45,022 nt of DNA from Chthoniobacterales bacterium (GTDB taxonomy: Bacteria > Verrucomicrobiota > Verrucomicrobiia > Chthoniobacterales > JAFAMB01). Under the pieces are notes generated by a model. The model worked only from the letters and a program-made list of their open reading frames with translations. It was not told the origin of the DNA and made no database searches. Each line of letters starts with the position of its first letter. Position 1 is the stretch's first letter. Positions 17,394 through 25,500 of this stretch are shown here, one piece after another. The position numbers and the translations under genes were made by a program. The stretch lies in assembly GCA_035710445.1 (NCBI GenBank), contig DASTDH010000409.1, positions 1-45,022 on the forward strand, in the 5' to 3' direction.

Positions 17394-18647
17394 CTATCCT
17401 TTGTTAGTGTTCGCTGTCGTCCGCTCCTTTTGCTGAATCAGCTCGAGCACCATTTCGACAGCTTTAGCCGCAAAAGGCGGATCGTTGATATTGAGATCGA
17501 GCTCTACTACCGGAATGCCCGGTTTCAGATTTGTTCTGATCGCATCAAACATCGCCCGATCAGCCTCTCGGTCGCAGAACGGTTGACCATCGCCGTCGAG
17601 CATCGAGACTCCCTTGAGCGGAATCAGAAATGCCACTGGGCCTTTGGCGACATTCGCCTTTTGTGCAAAGATTTCACCCATTCGGCGATTTTCTTCTGCG
17701 TTAGTACGCATCAAGGTCACCGACGGATTCCACTCATAGAAAAGACGCTTCGCCTGGCGGTATTTTTCCGGGACAGTAGATAGTGCGCCAAAATTGGCCA
17801 TATCGACGCAGCCAGGCACGATCACATGAGCAACACCGCGTTGCCCGGGTGCGTCCAGCCGCTCCGGCCCCGCGCTGAAGACGCCCTGGCACAGCTCATC
17901 CGCCCATTCGGTCGTCGTGATGTCGAGTACGCCTTCAACCAAACCGTCCGCAATCAGCGTCTCCATCGCGCGTCCGCCCGTTCCGGTGGCATGGAATACC
18001 AGAACCTCGAATCCTTTTTCTGTCAGTATCTTGACACACGCGCTCACGCATTCGGTTGTGTTTCCAAACATCGACGCCGCAATAATCGGTAAATCTTTGC
18101 TGCTGCCAGCGGGTTCGTTTTGGGCCATACCGCAGATTGCTCCCGCCGCCCGAGCGTAAACCAGTCGAGAAATGCGATTCAATCCGGCCACATCAACAAT
18201 GGACGGAACCATGGTGATGTCCTTGCCACGGACGTAAAATGACACGTCTCCTGAGGCGACGGTCGATACCAGGACCTTTGGCACTCCGATCGGCAGAGCA
18301 CGCATCGCTGCCGCGATAATCGAGGAGCCGCCCGATCCCCCCATTCCGACAATGCCATCGAATGGCCGCTGCTGGTACAGTTGTCGAATCAATTTCGGCG
18401 CACTTTGGTCAAAGGCTTTCATCGCCTCAGCCTTGTCTTTTAGCTCTCGAATTTTTTGCAGGTCGAACCCGCCGGTTTCGAGAACGCCCTTCGCCTCGAT
18501 ATCGACCGGAAATAGCGTGGTGCTACCCAGTACCCCGATATTCACGGTGAGAACTTTATCGCCACGCTTGAGAATTTCTTCTCGCAAAAACGCGTGATCT
18601 TCGCCTTTGGTATCGAAGGCTCCAACAATACAGATCGTTCTGGGCAT
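17394..18647 (-). CDS. UPF0261 / Tm-1-like ATP-binding domain protein
   Basis: 417 aa. It has the MPRTICIVGAFDTKGEDHAFL opening and GMGGSGGSS and HATGTGGRAME motifs typical of UPF0261. Confidence 0.75.
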   Translation of the reverse strand: MPRTICIVGAFDTKGEDHAFLREEILKRGDKVLTVNIGVLGSTTLFPVDIEAKGVLETGGFDLQKIRELKDKAEAMKAFDQSAPKLIRQLYQQRPFDGIVGMGGSGGSSIIAAAMRALPIGVPKVLVSTVASGDVSFYVRGKDITMVPSIVDVAGLNRISRLVYARAAGAICGMAQNEPAGSSKDLPIIAASMFGNTTECVSACVKILTEKGFEVLVFHATGTGGRAMETLIADGLVEGVLDITTTEWADELCQGVFSAGPERLDAPGQRGVAHVIVPGCVDMANFGALSTVPEKYRQAKRLFYEWNPSVTLMRTNAEENRRMGEIFAQKANVAKGPVAFLIPLKGVSMLDGDGQPFCDREADRAMFDAIRTNLKPGIPVVELDLNINDPPFAAKAVEMVLELIQQKERTTANTNKG

Positions 18648-18928
18648 AGGGGGACAGAAGTTAGTTATCTAGTGCGCCGTCTCACATATCATGTTGACGG
18701 TGCACTACTCCGCATGCGCTCAGCGGTGTCAAGGGCGAACGGGACACGGCTCGACGGTGCAATTGTCGCAGGAATGTTTCCATCGGGATTTCGGCCGCCT
18801 CGCCTGCTCGCTCATGGTCAACGATACGGCCCGGAGCGGCCTGTCTGAGTTTTCAGCCGGGTCATCGATGGAGCGATGGAAAGAAACGAAGGTCAGCGAC
18901 AGTCCCAGAAGGACTATATTGACAGTAG

Positions 18929-19019
18929 CCCACCACTTTAGTGGTGGGTTGGCGTGTTTAAAAGCGGCGCGTCCCGGCAGGGACGAGCGATTCACTCCTT
19001 ACGCCCGCTTAGCCGTAAG
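18929..19019. repeat. cluster of three short perfect hairpins in a 540-bp intergenic gap
   Basis: Three stem pairs are present: CCCACCAC/GTGGTGGG (18929-36/18941-48), CGTCCC/GGGACG (18970-75/18980-85) and CTTACG/CGTAAG (18998-19003/19014-19). Confidence 0.6.
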
Positions 19020-19186
19020 TGAGAGACAAGTAACCAAGCGTTTCGATCGTCACTGGAGGGACGGGCATTTCCTTTTGCGTCTTTTCCCGGCACTTGACGC
19101 AAGATGGCTTAAATGATCCAAAAAGAACTCCCCTCCTCCGCACCAGCCGCAATAGAAATTTGGCGCCGCTAGCTGCACACATGGTG

Positions 19187-19594
19187 CTAGGCGCCAGCCG
19201 GAATAACTTTGGCGCCCGGAATCTCGCGGAGTAGTCGCTCCGGTCCAGCCGGCGAGTAAACGACGATCAGCTTCATTGTTTCGCTTCCGGTGTTTACGGT
19301 CGAGTGATAGACGTCTGCCGGTATGTAGATACTGGCGCCGGGACCCACTTTCACCGGCGCCTTGTCGTCCACCATTTGTTCGCCCTCTCCGGATATGACA
19401 TAGATAATCTCTTCGGAACCGGGATGATTATGTCGCGCGTGCCCCTTTCCTTGACACAGCTCAACAATACCAAAACTGAACCGGTTCGCTTGAGTGACTG
19501 CTGGTTCGCTGAGGAAGTGGATTTTTCCCCAGTCAAATTCCACGCAATCAACATCGTGCGTGGTGGTGATAACGCCGCATCCAAGTTTCTGCAT
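19187..19594 (-). CDS. cupin-domain protein
   Basis: The cupin_2 motifs are G.GHARHNHPGSEEIIYVISGEG and PGASIYIPADVYHSTVN. It is on the same strand as, and upstream of, the UPF0261/PEP-hydrolase pair. Confidence 0.8.
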   Translation of the reverse strand: MQKLGCGVITTTHDVDCVEFDWGKIHFLSEPAVTQANRFSFGIVELCQGKGHARHNHPGSEEIIYVISGEGEQMVDDKAPVKVGPGASIYIPADVYHSTVNTGSETMKLIVVYSPAGPERLLREIPGAKVIPAGA

Positions 19595-19807
19595 AGGGTA
19601 GAAAGAAGTCCTTTCTTTATATTCCAGAAAATGGCGTTAAAAAGATCTTTGTTTGTTGAATCGAGCAAGCCGCTGCCAGTAGCGCGCAACCATCGGTTGC
19701 GGTCTCTCCTGATTAGAAGTCGAAACGAAGTGTCAACTCTGAAACGGTCACCGCAACGGACGGCATGTCCGCGCCGTAGCCTCATGCGTAGTCGGGCTAT
19801 ATTCTTC

Positions 19808-19926
19808 TCTGCGCTTCGCGCCTCAAGAGCAGGGTTCCATAAGGCCTATCAGCCCAGGGCTGCTTGGCCTGGCAACCGGGCTCCGAAACTGTGGCGCTGC
19901 AGACGCCGTTCTGCGCTTCGCGCCTC
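19808..19926 (+). repeat. 17-bp exact direct repeat TCTGCGCTTCGCGCCTC (19808-19824 and 19910-19926)
   Basis: Both copies were read directly from the sequence. The repeat is intergenic, between the cupin gene and peptide gene copy 2. Confidence 0.7.
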
Positions 19927-20081
19927 CCACTTGCTCTAGCTCGCCGATCGGGCCACGCCCACTGTCCGCTGTTAATCGGTATCAAGATCTAATAACTGTA
20001 CCTTATTAATCTCGTGCATCCGTTCTATTAGAAATTCCTCCTCTGATGTCCGACAGTTAAGCTAGAAAGGGACTAGGAAGA

Positions 20082-20342
20082 ATGAACAAGAGTTGGTTCT
20101 CAAAACTAACAAAAGGAGCGATAGTTCGAGCCGTGGTGCTGGCTTTGGTTATTAGCCCCACTCTTGGTTTGGCTAACACACCACATAAAACCAAGGGGAC
20201 CGTTCGGCATGTTGTGCGTCAACCGGCCAGCCAAGCTGTACAATTTCAAGGACAAAAATCGCAGACCGATTGGGACCACGATGAGGATGGCTTCTATCGG
20301 CCGACCCGAAGCCCTGGCTTCAACGACCTGTTTGGTTCCTAA
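20082..20342 (+). CDS. small secreted peptide, copy 2 of the RSPGF-x3-FGS tail family
   Basis: 86 aa. It has a signal-peptide-like N-terminus (MNKSWFSKLTKGAIVRAVVLALVISPTLGLA) and the C-terminus FYRPTRSPGFNDLFGS. The leader is similar to copy 1, and the gene is followed by a strong hairpin. Confidence 0.7.
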   Translation: MNKSWFSKLTKGAIVRAVVLALVISPTLGLANTPHKTKGTVRHVVRQPASQAVQFQGQKSQTDWDHDEDGFYRPTRSPGFNDLFGS

Positions 20343-20374
20343 TAATTGGTAATTTTCAATTAGGGTCGCACCGA

Positions 20375-20412
20375 CTCAGCGCCGTTAAACTAATCGGCGC
20401 TGAGTTTCGCTT
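20375..20412 (+). terminator. intrinsic terminator after peptide gene copy 2
   Basis: A perfect 10-bp stem, CTCAGCGCCG (20375-84) / CGGCGCTGAG (20395-404), encloses a 10-nt loop and is followed by TTTCGCTTG. Confidence 0.6.
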
Positions 20413-20501
20413 GTAAAGACAAGGTTCGGAGACACAGTCCCCTCTATCAAGCGATCAACGCCAAGACTTTCAGTGTTAACAACCGGTCAGGCAGCGTTTG
20501 C

Positions 20502-21485
20502 TCATGATTCTACATTCCGAATCGGTTGGACCTTACGACAAGTGCAAGGTGTAGCCGATTCCACTATTTTGTTGGCCCTCTCCATTTTCTTGTACAACGC
20601 TCCTTCTCTGAGCTTCGTCAGAAGAAAATTCACGGCTGGCGAATGTTCATCTCGACGGTAAGCGACAGCTAGTTCCGATACCCGCTGAATGTCCGCCAAG
20701 GGGCGAAATACCACCGATGGAACGTGCATATAGCGGAGCGACTCCGGCACGATCGCTACGCCTGATCCTCCGGCCACCAGGCCGATAATCGCAGTGAGTT
20801 TCTCGGCGGTCTGCGCCACCCGGAAGTCAAACCCTCCCTTTTGTGCAATTGCCTTTACGTGATGATCCAAAGCCGACTTACCATCCGGTCTCGCATACAA
20901 TACCAGCTGCTCGGCCTTTAGCTTGGCACACAGTACTTTCTTCTTTTTAGCCAGGGCATGCTCCCTGTTCAGTGCCACGAGGATTTTTTCCCGCATTACC
21001 GTGGTAACTACGATCTCAGGCGGGACGTCCTCAAGAGGCAAGCGGATAAAGCCCAGGTCAAGCTCCCCTTCGAACAACCGGCTCATTTGGTTAGAAGAAT
21101 CGCCTTCAGCAAATTCCAAATGAACTTCGGCAGCACACTTTCGAAACACCGATGCCAAGTTGGCCAGCAGTCCGCTGAATGGAACCGAATGCACGTAACC
21201 GATTCGGATCGTGCCGAGCTTGCCGCGGGCTACCTTCTGGGCAACGACCTTGGCTCGTTCAGCATGCTCGAGCGTTAGTTTCGCCTCTTCCAAGAAATAC
21301 TTCCCCGCTTCGGTCAATGCTACCGTGCGCTTCGTGCGCTCCAGCAAAAGGACGCCCAATTCTTCTTCCAAAGCCTTGATTTGTTGGCTCAATCCGGGCT
21401 GGGAAACATGGACGGATTCAGCCGCCTCCGCAAAATGCAGCCGTTCAGCGACCGCCACAAAATAGCGCAACTGGTGCAAATCCAT
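20502..21485 (-). CDS. LysR-family transcriptional regulator
   Basis: The sequence MDLHQLRYFVAVAERLHFAEAAESVHVSQPGLSQQIKALEEELG is a wHTH, followed by a LysR substrate-binding domain. Confidence 0.9.
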   Translation of the reverse strand: MDLHQLRYFVAVAERLHFAEAAESVHVSQPGLSQQIKALEEELGVLLLERTKRTVALTEAGKYFLEEAKLTLEHAERAKVVAQKVARGKLGTIRIGYVHSVPFSGLLANLASVFRKCAAEVHLEFAEGDSSNQMSRLFEGELDLGFIRLPLEDVPPEIVVTTVMREKILVALNREHALAKKKKVLCAKLKAEQLVLYARPDGKSALDHHVKAIAQKGGFDFRVAQTAEKLTAIIGLVAGGSGVAIVPESLRYMHVPSVVFRPLADIQRVSELAVAYRRDEHSPAVNFLLTKLREGALYKKMERANKIVESATPCTCRKVQPIRNVES

Positions 21486-21500
21486 TTGTCCTTTCAGAAA

Positions 21501-22460
21501 CTAGATCAACCGCTTCGCTCGATTACCTCTCTCTTTGCCCTGATAACGACCTCCATTTACTCTTCCGCTCCGCGGCGCTATTTGCACAGCACGATTCAGT
21601 GTACGTACAAACTCTTCCAGCGCGAGTGACCGAAGGGTATCCCTTCGGGTAATAAACATAGTCTCCGATCGGGCGTCCTCCGGCGGTATCCGGTGAATCG
21701 CAACCTCTTTGCGGCGAACATATGGTTCAACTACTGACAGAGGCAGCATGGTGACACCCAGACCCGCGCCAACGCAGCCGATGATGCCGTCAAGTGTTCC
21801 AAATTCCAGCTGGTTGATTAAGGTAATTCCTCGCGCGCCAAGGAATCGCTCAAGACGTTGCCGGTACGAGCATCCTACTCGGAAAACAAAGAGCTTGTGA
21901 ATACTTCCCTCCTTTAGCGCCATTTCCAAAGACCGATGCTGCGGCGCGCTTACCAGCACGAGTTCTTCCACAAAGCTGAGAGTCGCTTGCAGGTCATCGT
22001 GTTCGATTGGTCCGGCGACGAAGGCGCCATCCAATCGGTATTCCAGAACCGACTGGATAAGATTTCTGGTGGTACCGGTCTCTACTGCAATATCGACGTT
22101 CCGGTGCGTCGGAGCGTATGCTTTGAGCAGCGCGGGCAAGCGCGCAGCCGCCGTGGTTTCCATCGATCCCAAGCGCAGGACCCCGTGTGGTTTTCCGTTA
22201 TTGGCAACGGTGTCCTTTGCCTTTTGCACGAGGGCTTCGGCCTGCTGAGCAAACGGCAGCAGATCGTGTCCGGCTCGCGTCAACGTTACTCCCTGATGAT
22301 GACGCTGGAAGAGCGAGACACCCAGTTCTCGCTCCAACATTCGTAAACGAGTCGTGACGTTCGACTGAACCGTGTTAAGGCGCTGAGCTGCCTTGGTAAT
22401 GTTCCCGTGCTGCGCGATGGTGGCGAAAAGATTCAGATCCGATAGCTCCATGACCATCAC
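21501..22460 (-). CDS. LysR-family transcriptional regulator, divergent from the MFS transporter
   Basis: The sequence MELSDLNLFATIAQHGNITKAAQRLNTVQSNVTTRLRMLERELG is a wHTH. The start could be any of the Met codons at 22460, 22457 or 22451. Confidence 0.9.
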   Translation of the reverse strand: MMVMELSDLNLFATIAQHGNITKAAQRLNTVQSNVTTRLRMLERELGVSLFQRHHQGVTLTRAGHDLLPFAQQAEALVQKAKDTVANNGKPHGVLRLGSMETTAAARLPALLKAYAPTHRNVDIAVETGTTRNLIQSVLEYRLDGAFVAGPIEHDDLQATLSFVEELVLVSAPQHRSLEMALKEGSIHKLFVFRVGCSYRQRLERFLGARGITLINQLEFGTLDGIIGCVGAGLGVTMLPLSVVEPYVRRKEVAIHRIPPEDARSETMFITRRDTLRSLALEEFVRTLNRAVQIAPRSGRVNGGRYQGKERGNRAKRLI

Positions 22461-22461
22461 T

Positions 22462-22482
22462 ATAACAGATGGATCATATTAT
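22462..22482. promoter_or_regulatory. AT-rich dyad ATAA-N13-TTAT in the LysR/MFS divergent promoter (possible LysR box)
   Basis: The sequence is ATAACAGATGGATCATATTAT. It lies 45-65 nt upstream of the MFS start, the usual position for a LysR recognition site. The call rests on position only. Confidence 0.3.
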
Positions 22483-22526
22483 AAACAATCATTTCTCAAG
22501 ATAGGCGAATCGCATCTATTCGGTTG

Positions 22527-23960
22527 ATGCTGAAACCGCTAACGATGCTAGGGCCGGATAACCCGAGGCGGACGACCGGCCAGCCGGCGCCGGACGCCCG
22601 GAGCCGCGCTCTTTTTGTTGTCTGTTTCGGGTTTTTCCTCGTGCTGCTCGATACTACTGCTCTGAACATCGCAACACCGGCACTCGGAAAAGAGTTCGGC
22701 AACGGGATCAGCGATCTTCAGTGGGTGATTAACAGTTACACGCTGGTATTCGCGAGTCTTTTGCTCACCGCCGGTGCAGTCGGCGACCGGACCGGCGTGA
22801 AACGATCTTATCAGATTGGTTTGGCCCTTTTCACCGTCACCTCCCTTTTCTCGGCGGTTGCCTCTTCCCTCTCTCTGCTGATTGCGGCTCGCGCGCTTCA
22901 GGGATTAGGCGCAGCTATCATGCTGCCGGCGTCCCTTGCCATCTTGTCTCATACTTTCCCGGATCCGGCGGAACGGAGCCAGGCGGTCACCACTTGGGCC
23001 AACACCGCTAGTCTTGGCTTTGCCGCCGGTCCCGTTCTCGGCGGCGTCCTCACAACTTATTTAGGCTGGCGCAGTATCTTTTGGTTAAACGTTCCAGTCG
23101 GTCTCATCGCGCTTTATCTGAATCATGTTTACATCCGCGAAACGAGGTTAAGCCGGCCGCGTCCGATCGATTGGAGCGGACAGTTATCGATCGGTCTTGC
23201 CCTCTTCGCGCTAACCTACGCTCTGATCGAAGTCGGTCGCCGGGCATGGGATAACCCTATCGTGCTCTGCGCACTTGGATGCGCGGTACTGTTGTTGTGT
23301 CTGTTTGTTGCTTTAGAGCGCCGAAGCAATCACCCAGTGCTCCCCGGTTTCCTCTTCGCACAACTGACCTTCTCCGCCTGTATCGTTGTCGGATTCGTCC
23401 TGAACTTCAGCATGTACGGCGTCCTGTTCATTGAATCTCTTTATCTGCAAAGCGCACGAGGAATGGACGCGTTCGCTACCGGGCTTACTATTACACCGTT
23501 TACACTCTTTCCCACTGTCGCCAGCCGCCTGCTTGGCCAACGGAATGGAATACCGTACTTACAGCCTCGCATTTCTCTCGGCTTGGCTCTGGCCGCAATC
23601 GGAACAGGCGTACTGGTGGTCTGTGCGTTGAGTACGGCCTTCTGGCCGATCCCCATTGGCCTTGGATTGATGGGGATCAGCATGGGGATAATCATGCCGG
23701 CCATGACAGCCGGCGTACTGATCTCGGCTGCGCCGGAACACTCTGGGCTCGCTTCAGGGCTACTTAATTCAATGCGTCAGGTCGGCGGTACTGTCGGTGT
23801 TGCGCTGCTGGGGACAACCATGCAGACGCTCGCTCCGGGCACCGGGCTAGCTTGCGCACTCGGATTCACCACCCTATTCCTTCTGGTTGCCGCCGGGCTG
23901 AGTCGCTGGGTATTTGCGGTAGGCCGAGATCCCAAACTTCTGCGGACAGGCCAAGCCTAA
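22527..23960 (+). CDS. MFS transporter, DHA2 (EmrB/QacA-like, 14-TMS) family
   Basis: The sequence LDTTALNIATPALGKEF...LQWVINSYTLVFASLLLTAGAVGDRTGVKR is the typical DHA2 motif region. Length is about 477 aa with many hydrophobic helices. The start could be 22524 (TTG), 22527 or 22545. Confidence 0.88.
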   Translation: MLKPLTMLGPDNPRRTTGQPAPDARSRALFVVCFGFFLVLLDTTALNIATPALGKEFGNGISDLQWVINSYTLVFASLLLTAGAVGDRTGVKRSYQIGLALFTVTSLFSAVASSLSLLIAARALQGLGAAIMLPASLAILSHTFPDPAERSQAVTTWANTASLGFAAGPVLGGVLTTYLGWRSIFWLNVPVGLIALYLNHVYIRETRLSRPRPIDWSGQLSIGLALFALTYALIEVGRRAWDNPIVLCALGCAVLLLCLFVALERRSNHPVLPGFLFAQLTFSACIVVGFVLNFSMYGVLFIESLYLQSARGMDAFATGLTITPFTLFPTVASRLLGQRNGIPYLQPRISLGLALAAIGTGVLVVCALSTAFWPIPIGLGLMGISMGIIMPAMTAGVLISAAPEHSGLASGLLNSMRQVGGTVGVALLGTTMQTLAPGTGLACALGFTTLFLLVAAGLSRWVFAVGRDPKLLRTGQA

Positions 23961-23974
23961 GTAATCGGTAATCG
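23958..23974 (+). repeat. heptad stop-triplet array H1: TAA GTAATCG GTAATCG
   Basis: It begins at the MFS stop codon. TAA occurs at 23958, 23962 and 23969, covering all three frames. Confidence 0.6.
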
Positions 23975-24039
23975 GCGGCGACTGTCCAACCGAAGGCCCT
24001 GACTTTGTTGAATTCAGAGATTCGAACCGAACCGACTCG

Positions 24040-24300
24040 TTCGGACCGGCCTCAGAGCGCAGTCGCCTTAGCCTGGTTCGCGCGGATTGTGCGTCAAAGG
24101 GTTATGGCGAGCGCGCTCTAAGGTCGGCCAAATGAGTCGTTTCGAATATTTTGGTCAGCCATAGTTTGCCCGGACAGCGTATCACAGGCGTTGGCGAGCG
24201 ATGGCGACTGCGCCCCTAAGTCACCCCAGACGAATCGCTTCGGTCCATCGTTTTGGTCAGCAACGTCGAGGAAACCTAAACGGACAGTCGCCGCTACCGA
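24040..24300. repeat. repeat family R2, composite copy containing an internal inverted segment
   Basis: cagagcgcagtcgcc (24053-67) matches 16203-17. gagcgatggcgactgcg (24196-24212) is identical to 30443-59 and inverted relative to the first segment. gacgaatcgcttcggtcc (24228-45) matches 16289-16308. Confidence 0.6.
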
Positions 24301-24346
24301 AAAATGCAACGGACCACTCTCCCGTCCCTTCCCCCTAAACGGATTG

Positions 24347-24670
24347 TCAGGCTGCACTTGCTTTCCGCGCCGTCGCCAGATCGTACGAACGACGGAGCAA
24401 CGCAATCGCTGATTCCACCTGGTCGGCTCGTTTGATGTAAAAGCTTATCCAGCCGCTATTCGGCAGAATATGGTGCGGTTCGGCTATGCCGGCAGCCACT
24501 ACTTCATTGCGGACGTTCTTGGGAAAAGGAATATCCACGAGATGGTCCCCGTGGATATGACCGATCTCTCTTTTTCCGAAACGATATTCGGTGCCGCCAA
24601 AACGATGAGGTTGGGCGGTCACGCCAAGCCAGCTCATCGCGGCGCTATGAATCTGTTCACTTGGTCTCAT
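24347..24670 (-). CDS. small conserved hypothetical protein (luciferase-like / DUF5519-like)
   Basis: 107 aa. The GHIHGDHLVDIPFP...EPHHILPNSGWISFYI pattern resembles the family I recall as DUF5519. The assignment is from memory only. Confidence 0.4.
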   Translation of the reverse strand: MRPSEQIHSAAMSWLGVTAQPHRFGGTEYRFGKREIGHIHGDHLVDIPFPKNVRNEVVAAGIAEPHHILPNSGWISFYIKRADQVESAIALLRRSYDLATARKASAA

Positions 24671-24786
24671 GTCCGGCTGGTTACAAGTTACGAGTCGTAG
24701 ACTACAAATTGCAAGTTGCAGATTTTCGGCAGTCCAAATGAGCAGTTAGAATTCGTGTATTCTGCATTTTCCATTCCGTATTCCAT

Positions 24787-25249
24787 ATGATTCAGATCCG
24801 CCAAGCCGAACGCCGAGACGTCGCCGACCTGTCTCATCTTTATCGCCAACTGGTTCGTCCCGTCGCTCCCGAGGTTGAAATTGACGTAAGGCCGGATCGG
24901 ATCGACGAAAATCGGTCTTGATTCACGCAATTTTCTATTCGTTTTGGAAATAGAGCACCGAATTTGCGGGACCGCGTTTGTAACCTTATGCCCGGATCCG
25001 ATGCATGGCCACCAACCGTATGCGCTGGTCGAGCATTTCGTTATCGATAAAAGCATTCGAGGCAAGGGGTATGGCACCATGCTGGCTACGTACCTCGAGA
25101 ATTTCTGTCTTCGGGCGGATTGTTCGCAAATCATGTTGCTCAGCAACAGCAAACGTTCGGAGGCGCACCGCTTCTTCGAGAAACAGGGATTTTCTTCCGA
25201 ACGTAAAAAAGGATTTGTAAAGTATCGAAGGCACTTGCGGTCGGCTTGA
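24787..25249 (+). pseudogene. GNAT-family N-acetyltransferase split by a frameshift near 24905-24915
   Basis: ATG at 24787 reads MIQIRQAERRDVADLSHLYRQLV...RIDENRS and then hits a stop. The other frame is open from 24890 and continues ...GLDSRNFLFVLEIEHRICGTAFV...VIDKSIRGKGYGTML...GF, the GNAT acetyl-CoA motif region. The switch is at the run gacgaaaatcgg. Confidence 0.7.
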
Positions 25250-25500
25250 AATTGGCGCGTTCGTTTTTTGAACCGAAGACCTCAAAGATCACAAAGAAAT
25301 TGCGGTATCCATCGACTTGTTCTCTGAGATTAACGCGCACAGCCCGCAGGAGCCAGAATGTCTTCGCTCCGTTTTCTCCATGACCTCCTGTTTAAAGATT
25401 CTTTGCGCGCTCCTATACGCGTCGCGTTTCGCGGGTGCGTCTGCGCGCAGAACCTGCTTTCCTATTTGCTATCTGCTCCTCGCTATTCGTCATTCTTCGC

